Assembly: GCF_006345805.1 (NCBI RefSeq)
Contig: NC_042997.1
Location: forward strand, 26,908,001-26,972,000
Direction of reading: 5' to 3'
Source of the DNA: Octopus sinensis
Lineage: Eukaryota
Length of the DNA stretch: 64,000 nt
The notes under the pieces were generated by a model. It was not told the DNA's origin and ran no database searches. It saw nothing but the letters and a program-made list of their open reading frames with translations. Position numbers and translations under genes: made by a program. How positions within the stretch are numbered: the stretch's first letter is position 1; the number at the start of each line of letters is the position of its first letter. Shown here one piece after another: positions 1 through 14,275 of this stretch.

Positions 1-185
1 TCATCTGTCGTTACGTTCCTAGTTCAAATTCTGCCGAGGTCGACTTTGCCTTTCATCCTTTCGGGGTCGATAAATTAAGTACCAGTTACGCACTGGGGTC
101 GATGTAGTCGACTTAATCCCTCTGTCTGTCCTTGTTTGTCCCCTCTGTGTTTATTTAGCCCCTTGTGGGTAGTAAAGAAATATAT
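1..185 (+). mobile_element. tRNA-derived SINE (octopus OR-type), 5' end cut by window edge
   Basis: B-box-like GTTCAAATT, conserved GTCGACTTTGCCTTTCATCCTTTCGGGGTCGATAAATTAAGTACCAG core, GGGGTCGATGTAGTCGAC stem-loop, tail GTGGGTAGTAAAGAAATA; paralogous pieces at 25447, 45264, 45489. Confidence 0.8.
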
Positions 186-1309
186 ATGTATGTGTGTATG
201 TATACATGTGTTTGTGTGTGCGTGCACTTGCTGGAATATATGTATTGCATGCATATTTGTATTATATTAAATATTTGTTTCGCTGGATCCTTCATACGAA
301 TCCAAATGTTGGATGAGATATCACTATAGTTTGCAGGCGACCTCTATCGCTTATATAACCCCAGTGCGAAAGACGATTACACACACTCATACACGCGCAT
401 GCATACACACATACAAAAACACAGTGTCTTATACGCAACTGTTTACACGGATTTGTAAGGGATATTCTGACGGGAAATCTAATGTATATTTTCTAGACAA
501 ATTGAGACGATTGTATATAGATTTTTTTTTTTAAATCCCTGTCTGTTCAGTGTTTAATCACGATTCCCATTTACTTGGCGATCTTTTGTTGGACTAAGAA
601 TATGTAAACAAATGAGAGATTTTCATGCTGACGACGTTTATAATATTAATAAAGTTTGTGTAACTATCGAACACCGTATGGCTGCTCGCCAATAGTTATG
701 CTAAATCGGTCATTTTGAACAAAAAGAATTTTGAAAGAGAATTATCGGACTTGGCAGCTACTTCCTGTTATTGATATTGTGTACTCAAGCTTATATCTGT
801 TAAAATATTCAAAACTGGGGCTAAAAGAAAGAGCAAATCACCCAAATATTCCCGAAAATACAATATGGCCAGTTACTGTTCTTGGTGTGTATGTTTTTCT
901 TTCTGATTTTTTTCTTTTCCATTTTTCTTTCATTTTTTTTTTCACAACATTATATTGTTAGTTGCTTGTAATCTCAAAAGCAATTAACTAGAAAAGAAAT
1001 AAAATTACGTTTTGCTATAATACAAAAATAGACCAACAAGCAAATATTGAGGTGGCATGATCTTTTAATTCTTTTTTTGTTACTTTTTTTTAAAAGTGTT
1101 TAATACAGCTCGACTACAGACGTATTAACTTCATTTGTTTTGTGATATGATTGGTTATCACGTTTTAAATTTAGTTCAGAACAGGATCTAAATCACGCAG
1201 ACAGACACATAAACACATTCAGACACACGTATTCACAAGTATGTATGTATCCGTGAATGTATGTATGTTGGAAGATTGTGTATTTGTGAGTGTGTGTGTT
1301 AATATATTA

Positions 1310-1582
<273 letters not shown>

Positions 1583-2582
1583 GTATGCTTGTATATATGT
1601 GCGGTATTGCGATTCCGTGACTGTATTTATTTGTTTTGTTTTACCATTACAAATGGATATATCTTGTCTTGAACAATAGATTTTGCTATAGTTCCTCGTA
1701 TCTGTGTTTTCATTTTTATAATTCAACTTCTTCCTTCAAAGAAGTAGTCATTTCTGAAAAAAAAACCCAGAATCTCCTGAATATAACTTTGCCACCAACA
1801 ACAAAAGGTTTAAAAATTGCAAAATATTCTTATTACTCTAACAAACTGAATTTGGAAAGCCCAAACACTAGTGACCGAAATCCTAAATGTTGACAAGCAG
1901 TAGTTTACATTTTAGCACCGTTTTACATTTACTGGTTTACTATGGAGGTTAGCATTATATTGCTTAACATGGGAAGGATGATATAATAGCAAAACCTGAT
2001 TGTATTTCTGATTAAGTGCATTTGAGATTACGAGCAACTAACAATATGCAGCGCAATGAACCGTGATGCTCACTAGCTTTCCATAACTAATGAGGTTGAT
2101 GCGGTGGGCGATCAGGTATAGAATCCATAAATCAAAGTGCAACTTGAAAACATTGGAAGAGAGGGGGTTTCTTGTAGGTTGACATATTGGAAAGGAATTA
2201 TTATTTGGAAGTACAAAGCTTGGACACAGGATCGTTATATCAGTAGGAATTGGTTGTGAGTAGAAACGGTATCCTTCTCGTAAGTATATGTTGTAATAAT
2301 GATAAAATAGACAGGAGGATAAAGACAGAGCCAATGATCTAGATGTGTTAACTAAATGTATTAAAAATTATCAGTACAAATGTAAAACTGAAATTAGTAT
2401 AAAGATTTAACCTGGAAAGCAATTAATTTACACACACACACACACATAATATATATACACGAATACATGTAGTCGTTTTTTCCTTTATTTATTTGAATTC
2501 TCTGTGAATGGAGGAGCTAATTCCATCACAGGAATTCAGTTAACAATATCCAGGACGAGTTCATTTATCATTCTTTTTTTCA

Positions 2583-2830
2583 TCTTACTTGTTTAAGTGA
2601 TTAGACTGCTGCCATGAAAGGACGCCGCTTGGAAGAACTTTTTTTTTTTTTTTTTTGTTTTTTTTAGTCGAATGGATTGACAACAATATTTTTGCTTTCA
2701 AGCCTAGTACTTATTTTATAGGTCACTTTTTGACGAGCCGCTAAGTTAGAGAAATGCAAACACAGATTGCCAAGTGGTGGGGTGGAGGGAACTCAGATAC
2801 AAACACAGACCCATACATACATGTATATCT
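2583..2830 (-). mobile_element. Degenerate 3' half of the 13865-type SINE
   Basis: Diverged matches to CTTGTTTCAGTCA...GCCATG, TAGTCGA, AAGCCTAGTACTTATT, CCGCTAAGTT motifs of the intact copies. Confidence 0.6.
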
Positions 2831-3030
2831 ATAGCTGTGTGTGTGTGTGTGTGTGTGTTGTGTGTGTGTGTGTATGTGTGTGTGTTTGAAAGGGTTAATT
2901 GAACGCGCTCACACACTTCTGAAAAAAGATTTTATAACATTTAAAAAAATAATTATTATGAAAAAAAATTATCTTTACACTTCAAAACTGTATTAGGTAA
3001 TTCTGATAGACTTATATATATGTAGCTTTT

Positions 3031-3454
3031 TAGCTTTTTAGCCCCAGGAGATCATCGTCTCCAGCTGGCTTTAGACACACTATCTGTGCCTTATGGTATT
3101 TGCAAAGGGAGACCATCCCTTTCTCGTAAGCCTAAGTGATACGCGGGTATTTTCCTGATATCTCGTATCATTCATTGATCCATGAAGCCGCCACTGACAC
3201 CATATATCCGCATGTCTGCCGCTGTTAGCTACATCACTTTTTAACTGGTAGGATAGGATAAACTGGACTGGTATCGCTGATAAATCATCCTAAATTTTCA
3301 GCAACATCATCAGAACAACCTCGAAACTGTCAGTTCGGTGCGTATCACTTAGGCTTACGAGAAAGGGATGGCCTCCCTTTGCAAATACCATAAGGGCACA
3401 GATAGTGTGCCTAAAGCCAGCTGGAGACGATGATCTCCTGGGGCTAAAAAGCTA
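3031..3454. repeat. Inverted repeat, ~115-bp arms (3031-3144 / 3340-3454), ~195-bp spacer; MITE-like foldback
   Basis: TAGCTTTTTAGCCCCAGGAG...CCTAAGTGATACGC is the reverse complement of GCGTATCACTTAGG...CTCCTGGGGCTAAAAAGCTA with ~3 differences. Confidence 0.9.
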
Positions 3455-4191
3455 CAGTAACACCCACCCTTTGTGGTTAGCCATATTGAGATGGCTATTA
3501 TACTTTACATTGCACTAGTAATGTTTTGTAGAAATAAATCCTGTTTTTTTCTCTCGGTAAGACAGAGAAGATTATGAAGAAGCTGCTTGTTAATTTGTCT
3601 TCTTTACTGTTTTAAAAGAGATGTTCAGATCTTCATGTAAGTGCGCGTGTGTGTTATTTGTTTAATCAAGATAAGCCTGTTGTGACTGATCCAGATAATA
3701 TCACTTAATCTGCTGCTATATTTAAATGTAACAGTAATGCTATTTCTTTTGTAGTTTTGATTTTTATAGGTATAATTGCTACATCGTGAATGTATTTGTT
3801 CTTTTGGTCAAACAAAAATTGACATGAAAAAAAAAACAACAAAAAAACCTAATGTTTTCTAGCATTGCTTTTCATTCCAATATTATTCTGACATCACTGA
3901 AAGGGATTGACGTGTTGCTCCATAGTTATAGTCATAAAAGTAATCGTATAAACTTGGGCCTGACACACAATGTATACCAGTATATTGCATGAAGAACAAC
4001 GACTTCGTCGCTTTATAAACTATTTTAGCCTTGAAAACAGTGTGATATGACTTAACTAGAGCATGTGTATGCCGACACATAGGATATCTTCGGATGTGTT
4101 GGATTGTCTTTATATAATCGTGTACTTTAAGAGATTTTCATGTATTTTAGCAAGTATTATAAATGTATTGATATGCATGTATACCAGTATA

Positions 4192-4416
4192 TACTCTTTT
4201 ACTCTTTTACTTGTTTCAGTCATTTGACTGTGACCATGATGGAGCACCGCCTTTAGTCGAGCAAATCAACCACAGGACATATTCTTTGTAAGCCTAGCAC
4301 TTATTCTATCGGTCCGTTTTGCCGAACGGCTAGGTTACGGGGACGTAAACACACCAGCATCGGTTGTCAAGCGATGTTGGGGGAACAAACACAGACACAC
4401 AAACATATACACACAC

Positions 4417-4473
<57 letters not shown>

Positions 4474-4575
4474 TACGACAGGCTTCTTTCACTTGCCCAA
4501 GGTGCCACGCAGTAGGACTGAAACCAGAACCATGTGGTTGGTAAGTAAGCTACTTACCACACAGCCACTCCTACG

Positions 4576-4577
<2 letters not shown>
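4192..4577 (-). mobile_element. tRNA-derived SINE with internal (AT)n and a 61-bp deletion
   Basis: Colinear with 20316-20741 and with the reverse complement of 13865-14275; lacks the equivalent of 20595-20655. Confidence 0.9.
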
Positions 4578-4622
<45 letters not shown>

Positions 4623-5050
4623 GGAACACTCGCACACATACACACGCACTGACATACATGCACGTATATATCATTAACATTATATACATATAAATGTGTA
4701 TATTAAGAGACTGTTTAAGAGATAGTAAAAGAATAATATCGATTGAAATGTTTCCAATCAATGGCTTATTTAGTTGCCTTCTTGAATACCGTGGCGGCAG
4801 TAAGGTGGACTGTAGTCCCCTCCAGCTTGCTGTGGATATCAGCATAAGCTTCGTAGTGAAGCAAATGTTAAGCTGTATGTGTTGATTATAAGAATAACTG
4901 AAAATTAGCATGCACTGTTGTGCGGTTTCGAAAGATGTTTCCGAAGGTTAAGAACATACTGTATAAATCGAGTGACTTCTAGCGTGTAATGCATGTCCGC
5001 GACTTTAGATTCCACCGGATTGGCTGCTGCGATGGCTCATGATAGGATGA

Positions 5051-5216
5051 GGTATTTTCCTGATATCTCGGATCATTCATTGATCCATGAAGTCGCCACT
5101 GTCACTATATATCCGCATGTCTGCCGCTGTTAGCTACAGCGCTTTTAACTGGTAGGATAGGATAAACTGGTGTCGCTGATAAATCATCCTAAATTTTCAG
5201 GAACATCATCAGAACA
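5051..5216 (+). repeat. Direct copy of the spacer (3146-3316) of the 3.0-3.4 kb inverted repeat
   Basis: GGTATTTTCCTGATATCTC...CATCATCAGAACA present at both sites, roughly 90% identical by eye. Confidence 0.88.
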
Positions 5217-7139
5217 GCGATATTTTAACGTGAAGGATGAGACAGTCTCCAACCCATGGGGACAGCATCAATTTTAATTAGTAATATTTTGTATGAGACA
5301 GTGAGTTGTTGGATGGACAAGAATTACAAAGCCAAACTGAAAACTATTTTCAAATGAAATTTCTTTAAATACAGTATAATATAACTCTATTTGTTTCGTT
5401 AATCGGATAACATAGTGATAAATATATCAAATCTGACATTGTAAAGACTGAATATATAATAATGGTTATCAGTTCGTATAACAAAAATTTACGAAAGACG
5501 TGCACAAATAAAGAGGTATACTTCAGTGAATGTCTAATACGATCACGAGTATAATATCTGATGAGAAACCTAATCTTTTCGGGGGAAAATGATGGTCAGT
5601 ATCAATAATAATTCTAAGAATTGGAAATGGCATATGTTACATTTAGTTTTGAAAATACTTCTAGCAATAGTTTGGAATTATTTCATTATTTGTTGTGAAG
5701 CGGATTATAGTAAAGAAAGCCACACAATTTTCAAAAATAAAATTATAATAATAATAAATAATAAAAATCTTCAGAACATTTTTTTAGGTGCGAGTACTAC
5801 AGACTAAAGACTGATATTTGATATGTTATAATGCATAATAAATAATGCATTCTAAACTTTGTCTCCTCAAAAACAAAAACTGATCAAAGCTAGACAGATC
5901 TATCATCTTTTTGTTTATAAGGGAATAAATCTTTTAACAATTTATAGCGATCAATAAAAAAGTATGATTGAATAGAAGTAAGATAGTGAAACCTTTGGTA
6001 TTTAAAGTTCCCAAAAAAGTCTCTGTGGTGAAATTCTTGTATAGATATACCATTGAGAAAACATCGAGACGTCTCCTCCTTCAGCTACACAATGAAAAGT
6101 ATTTTGTCTTAGAACACAAACAAAAAACCGTATAATGGAACAAAGAAAGAGAGCTATTTAAATCCGACCTTACCAACATTATAAAGACGGCAAAAGTTAG
6201 ACAATAACTCTTGAGACCTTCTACTTTCAGATATCAAAACAATAAAAAATATATAATTTGATCACATTTACATATCTGTTGATAAGATAAAATTTAAAAA
6301 GCAAGATCTTATCTGAAACAGTTAAAAAGCTAACCACCATAAACAGCTTTTGAAGAATGTAACAAATGACAGAAAAATCTATTCCCAATAAACGCAAAAA
6401 GACAATGAAAAGGGAGTACAAACATGAAGCCTAAACAAGGAATATCACTAGAAAATGCAAGCCAGTGGTTGCCTGTAGCGATTTTAATGAATGAGAAAAA
6501 TACAATCGTAAAAATGTAAAAAGGGATATGTTAATGTGAGGTGAATGGAAAGAATAAATAACGATTCGGACAATGACTTTCATCAATAGTTTGAAGTTAG
6601 AGATAAATAATATTTTAGAAAAGTTTTATAAATTCACCCCCTCTTAAAGCCATAAAGACTCACCAAGAACATTTTCTTCGGGGACATAAAGAGTGAAAAT
6701 GGTAAATATGAAGTAGGAAACATATATTCTTCACATACACAAGCTACAGCATAAAAGTTAATGTTGTAAGAAATCTGAACCCGATTCAATTAACAGTTTT
6801 TTTTTACGGAATCAAAGACCAGTCTTGCACATCTAAACGCATCGGTTACTACTGTATCATTCTATCTGTGCATCTCTTAGTAAAGGCGCTGGGCATCGGA
6901 CATTAATTCTAGAATTTTATGGACAATGTCAACATTGTCAATATATGCGTAGGAGTGGCTGTGGGGTAAGTAGCTAGCTTACGAACCACATGGTTCTGGG
7001 TTCAGTCCCACTGCGTGGCATGTTGGGCATGTGTCTTCTATTATAGCCTCGGGCTGACCAAAGCCTTGTGAGTGGATTTGGTAGACGGAAACTGAAAGAC
7101 GTCCGTCGTATATGTATATATATATATATATATATAATA

Positions 7140-8267
<1,128 letters not shown>

Positions 8268-8719
8268 TGTATGTATGTATGTGTTTGTGTGCCTGTGTTT
8301 GCCCCCATTCCCCAATATCACTTGGCAACCGATGCTGGAGTGTTTACGTACCCGTAGCTTAGCGGTTCGGCAAAAGAGACCGATAGAATTAGTACTAGGC
8401 TTACAAAGAATAAGTCCTGGGGTCGATTTGCTTGACTAAATGTGGTGCTCCAGCATGGTCACAGTCAAATGACTGAAACAATTAAAAAAAAAATATTTAT
8501 ACTGTCGGAAGTCTACATTTTTTCTATGTAAGTCATCCCAAATAGTATTTTAACACAAAATCTACCTGATCTGTCCCCGAAGCTACCTGATCTATCTATT
8601 ATGGGAACGGTATATATGAGCACTTAGGTTCACGCAACCTCATAAATAGAAGCAAATTCGGATTTCATAGACAAGACTTTATAAATTATGTTCGATTTCT
8701 ATGAAATACGAATACGATA

Positions 8720-9115
8720 TCTTTATATATAAAAGAGAGGTTGTGTGTCTGTCTCCTACGATTGAGATTCCTAACTACTCCCACATTTTGCGGTGCAGTT
8801 TAACCAAAACCGGGTATCTTATAGTCGTGATTCATATCGAGCCCTTCTGTGTATTAGCGCGCGTCTACGATGAGTCTACGATTTAAAAAAATAATTACCA
8901 TCATTTTTTTCCCTTTTAATGCATTTTTTCGCTATTATATAAGGGAAGTAACTCTCTAAAATGTCTACGATGAGTCAACGATTTAAAAAAAATTTACCAT
9001 CATTTTTTTTCCATTTTTAATGCATTTTTTTGCTATTTTTTGGCTATAACTCTCTAAAAATGCTTATGTAGTTATTTCCCTTACAAACCCGAGCAACACC
9101 GGGCGATACTGCTAG
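8720..9115 (+). mobile_element. Non-autonomous Helitron (DINE/HelitronN-like)
   Basis: Starts A|TCTTTATATATAAAAG, ends CTAG|T; subterminal hairpin CCCG-AGCAACAC-CGGG (9088-9103); ~100-bp internal tandem duplication; second copy at 63818. Confidence 0.8.
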
Positions 9116-9529
9116 TAATTCCTAAAATTTGACTGCATATTTATCAGGGTAGAAGAAAATGCTTATCTATTTATACGGTGCTGTCACAAAGTGACGGAAT
9201 TCATTGGAATTATTGAAACCAAGAGCATTCTCTTATTGCCGTGAAAGCAATGGATTACGGTGTAGATCCGAGAGCGTTAGAAGCCAGAATAAACATATGT
9301 ACATATATATATGTTTATACACATAGGTAGGGAGAGAGATGGGGAGTGGGAGAGAGTGGGAGAGAGATGGAAACAGAAAAACACATCCGTCGCTTTTCGA
9401 TTCATAGAAATCTTGTCGTTATTAACAACAGAACGCTGGAGGTTTGTAGCACTGGAGGAAAATTGGGATTTTCTGTGACAATATGTTGCAGGGTAGAAAC
9501 CAAGCATATTATTGGTGCAAGGTCTCAGC

Positions 9530-11040
9530 AAGGCAGAAGAGGAAATAGAACTGCAGATGTAGTCATAAAAGCTAAGATACAGGCCTTGAAGGGAATGAGA
9601 AACAGTTGGAAGAGAGGTTAGATGTGGGGTATACCTAGGAATAACCAAGGTAGAAAGTGAGAGGCCTGCTATTGTTCAGTGACGTGAGGGGCAGGGATAA
9701 GACTTGATTCTGTACGCTAAGCATTTTGGAGCTATAGCAGAGAAGTCTGAAGAGAATAATCACGGTACACTTGCATTCACAGACACCGAAGAGAGACATA
9801 GATATGTTAATAGCTTCAATGTGGAAATTCATGGAAGCATGAGTCTGAGAGAGAGAATGGGGAAGAGAGAGAAAGAGTCCACTTCAAAACCTCAACGGAG
9901 ATAACTAAAGCGAAGCAGTTAGTCCTTAGAAAATTACCATCAAAAAGCATAGAGTATCTGACGAAATAGGATACGGATCAGTCACCTACATAGTTACAGA
10001 AGAAAATCAAGTATCATGCAGAAAATGACTGTTGTCGCTATAAAAACAAAGGATTGGAAAACTGAAGAAATACCAAATTACTGGACAAGATTATGAAAGA
10101 GATCAAGCCGAATTAATTAAATCGTTATTTATCTAGATGAGATGCAGTTTGGTTTTGTGCTATGAAAAGGCACTACTGTTGCCATATTTAGAGTGAGACA
10201 ATGAATGGAATATTAGCATGAAGGCAATAAGGATATAAACATTGAGTCTGCAGATTTAAAACATGCCTTCGACTGGATTACACATTCTGTTATCTGTAAG
10301 TCCCTATGAAACCAATGTTTTATGAATGGTTTATGAGAACAGAAGAAGCCATGTAGAGAATTATCGATCAGCAAGCAAATTTAGCAATCAATTTATCATT
10401 ATGCACCGCAACGAGTTTTAGTGTGAAGGTAAGAGACCATCAGGTCTTCTGCCTGCAGGTTAAATTCGCCACTTTTACTCACCACAGATATCTAGGACAT
10501 GACAGAGCATCATAATGCTGTCTTTCAGAGGAAATGCTTATATACCGATGACCTAGTTCCTATTAGTGAATTTGGGGGTAGAATTAGAGAAGAAATTTCA
10601 GACCTAGGAGAAATCACATTACCGAAAGTATGGTAGCCAGAATAAAATTAGATAAGAAGTTCAGGGTGTTTTTACTTATACTAGCTACAGAGGATTTCTC
10701 TCTCAGAGTGAAAAGTAGAATGTATGTTGTTTGTACATGAACTGCAGATTTGCGAAGACTATGAAATAATTATGATAGCATACTCTGATAGATATATAAT
10801 TTAGAAAGAGGGAAATGTGAACAAAGAGAAAAATGTGCAAAGAAGGAATCAGATATATTTTACAAGAGGGAGGACTCTGTTAGTATGGGCATGTGCTGAG
10901 TATGTATATATGATAGCTGTATAAGAAACCTCAAAAGGCGCTCAAATTTCAAAGAAAATATGGGAGATGGTTAAACCGGAAGACATAGGATTAAGTAGAG
11001 AAGACTGATCTTATGATATTATGTCTTGCAGAGGAAATAA
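9530..11040 (+). pseudogene. Highly decayed RTE-clade LINE reverse transcriptase
   Basis: Manual translation: DEMQFGFV.KGTTVAIFRVRQ (10137-), ADLKHAFDWITHSVI (cf. DLEKAFDRVPR), YTDDL-like TATACCGATGACCTAG (~10540); many stops and frameshifts. Confidence 0.72.
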
Positions 11041-12576
11041 GAAAACATGTCGTCCTCCTATCACTCATTCCTTTTTCCTCTCTTCTCGTCACTATAATTT
11101 GCTGGTGGTGAAACTAAGATTGGTACTCTCTCTCATACTGTCACCTACTTACAATCATCACTCTTTTTCTACTAACAGGTTTTCGAATTTTGGGTTTTCT
11201 GCCATTAGTGACCCTACTATTTAGTTTCTCGGTGGATAACTTGAACTAACGCGATAGTGGAACGAGAGAACTCTACAATCTGAGAGAATACAAGGCAACA
11301 TCATTAATTTTTGTGTCATAGCAAAATAAAGCCAAAACACCATGTAAAATTGTTGGCATATTCATAGACAGAGCATTGGTTAAAATATCATTCACTCTTA
11401 TCAAGGATGTGGCAAACGTTCTAGTACTGGGGCCCACGATAAACTCACAGTACATAATATGAAATGTTTTGTGGTAGAAAGGGTATCCAACTGTGAGAAA
11501 ACGAAACAAAAAGAAAAACGTGCAAGGGAATCTTGTCCCCCATACGCTATATATGAAGGAGGTTGCTACGAATCAAGTAAATTCGACCATAACAACCGTC
11601 CGACCCACTTTAGCAAGAAATGCGTATGTATAACGGTGAGCACGAAGCATGTATGTGTTTCTATGCGTTTGTGTGTGAATGTATCAAGAGAACACTTTAC
11701 ACTTTCCAAAATATTTTTATTAATTATATGCATTCGTGAACAATAACATTTTCGTTAGACTTAAAAAGAGAAAGAGGGTGCAACGGGCTAATCAATGATT
11801 CACTTCAACTATATGAATAAGAATATAAACTCAGCAAATAGCTATACATGAAATGAGAAAGAGTGATTTAAAGAGTGGATATGATAGAGAGAGCATGGGG
11901 CAGACAGACATTCTGAAAGACAGAGACAAAGTGAAGACGAATGTGAAGACCCATCAGGAGATGCGAAAGAAATACTCAATAAAAGATAACAAAATGGAAC
12001 ATCAGTCAATTCCAAACAATAAGAGAGGATTGCTTTTACTTTAATTTTATTTTAGATAAAGGAAGTAATGTTTTTCTTTACACCGCGCTGTCTATTGCGA
12101 AGAGTATTTTTGCTTTTAAGGAGACGGGCTAAAAAAATATTTTAGAAAAAGGTTGTTATACAGTCATGACAGAGAAAAATCAATTACTGCGATATTGATC
12201 TCCATAGAATTGATTAGCAATTCATTGCAGTGTCTTTTTAATACACCGAAAACAGAAAAGAATAATAATAAGATATTTTACATTGATTAATAAAAGCAGC
12301 CCCATCTGCACATTGTTTAGGAAGCATAAACAGAACGAAGAATACGAGATTCTAACATTTCCTGTAAGCAAAGCATTTTTAAAGAAGAAAAGCCCCGCTA
12401 CCACCTACGCAAAACATAATTCTAACCAATATTACGAAAACACTTAACTAAACCGATGGCATGAATAGTATAAACAAGATATACTAATTGATATTGCTAT
12501 TAGCTGGTACTATGAAAGGCATGGTTTCATTTTATAGAACTAAGTATCTAATTGTGCTTAATGCCATAAGTAATCT

Positions 12577-12910
12577 CTATATATATATAAATATATATAT
12601 AAAGCTGAAGTTGTCTGTGTGTGTGTGGCAGGTTTGGTAGCCTTCAACTAACACTATCTCCTCCAAGACCCTGCGGCGCAAGTTGACCAAAATTGAGAGT
12701 ATGATAGAAAAAGGCTTGCTCTTCATTCCGTAGCAGAAAGACTTCAAATCGGACCATGTTAAGACCAAAACTTATTCACATCAAAAAGGTGCTTTATTTC
12801 TATGAAAATCCCTATTTTTTAACGATTTTTCGGTCTACTTCAACCAGAAAAACATTCACTTAAAGAGAATAAAGAAGCTACATAATGCAAAATGATTTTT
12901 ACTTTTCAAA
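12577..12910 (+). mobile_element. Possible Helitron-like 5' fragment
   Basis: Begins TCTCTATATATA...TATAAAGCTGAAGTTGTCTGTGTG, resembling the 8720 start; no 3' hairpin/CTAG found. Confidence 0.3.
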
Positions 12911-12931
12911 AATTACACATATATATATATA

Positions 12932-12975
<44 letters not shown>

Positions 12976-13723
12976 ATATATATAGGTATAGTATGTTACG
13001 CTTGAAACGTTTAAGACTTTCCATTTGTTCTTCTTTTACCTCCTCTGTATGATATTGGGATCACACACACGCACGCACATATACACACACACACTTGTGC
13101 ACACGGTCCCGCGCACACGAACAGACAGGCACACACATACACACACATACACACACACACCACACACGCACATTACTCATGACTGCTTTCATAAAACACG
13201 AACTACTTTTAAACATTACTACATAAAAAACGTTTTAGTTTCCAAACGGGTTTAAAATAATGCATACAATAAGAAACAATCGAAGATAAAAGATTTATAT
13301 TTCCTGTTTTAGTTTAGTTGTACCTCCTGCTATACTTTTTTTCTATAAAAATCTACGTAAAGGATTCTACTGATAGTTAAGACGTATCAGTTATGGACGA
13401 AGCAGTTGAAAACGTTTAGATTTCCGGGAAACTCTTTGAAATGCTGTTACTGTCAGAATATTACTGAAGTTTTCTAAGATCTCAGAAAAAAAAGGGGAGA
13501 AACGGAAAAAATAGAAACTAGATTTATTGATCCTTCATATAGTCTATTTATTCTTGAGTGTCAGACACTAGTAACAGTAAAGGGTATTACAGGCGATAGT
13601 AATATGGTTGAATTTAGTAAATCTTTGTACACAAGGCGTGTTCTTCCTGGTCAAAATATATCAAACGAATGTTTATTCTTCCACTCTGTCGGTCTGTCTC
13701 TTTCTCTCCTTCATTTCTCGTTC

Positions 13724-13832
13724 CCTATAATAATGTATGTATGTATGTATGTATGTATGTATGTATGTATGCATGTATGTATGTATGTATGTATGTATGT
13801 ATGTATGTATGTATGTATGTATGTGTGCATGT

Positions 13833-13862
<30 letters not shown>
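13724..13862. repeat. (ATGT)n plus (AT)n microsatellite
   Basis: Direct reading. Confidence 0.95.
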
Positions 13863-13864
<2 letters not shown>

Positions 13865-14275
13865 GGCGCAGGAGTGGCTTTGTAGTAAGTAACTTGCTTA
13901 CCAACCACATGGTACCGGGTTCAGTCCCACTGCGTGGTATCTTAGGTATGTGTCTTCTACTATAGCCTCGGGTCGACCAAAGCCTTATAATTGGATTTGG
14001 GCGACGGAAACTCAAAGAAGCCCGTCGTATATATGTATATATGTACGTGTGTGTATATGTTTGTGTGTCTCTGTTTGTCCCCCCAACATCGCTTGACAAC
14101 TGAATTCTGGTGTGTTTACCTCCCCGTAACATAGCGGTTCGGCAAAATAGGCCGATAGAATAAGTACTAGGCTTACAAAGAATAAGTCCTGGGGTCGATT
14201 TGCTCGACAAAAAGGCGGTGCTCCAGCATGGCCACAGTCAAATGAATGAAACAAGTAAAAGAGTAAAGAATATGT
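13865..14275 (+). mobile_element. Full-length tRNA-derived SINE, founder of the downstream array
   Basis: GGCGCAGGAGTGGC A-box region, GGGTTCAGTCCC B-box, internal TA/TG tract, tail ...GAAACAAGTAAAAGAGTAAAGA. Confidence 0.92.

Noticed and set aside
2178-2255. 78-nt AG...GTGAGT candidate exon (LTYWKGIIIWKYKAWTQDRYISRNW)
   Set aside because: Short pyrimidine tract, unrecognised peptide; expected by chance in 64 kb.
13865-13940. tRNA genes at SINE heads
   Set aside because: A/B boxes are present, but I could not fold a cloverleaf and they continue into SINE bodies.
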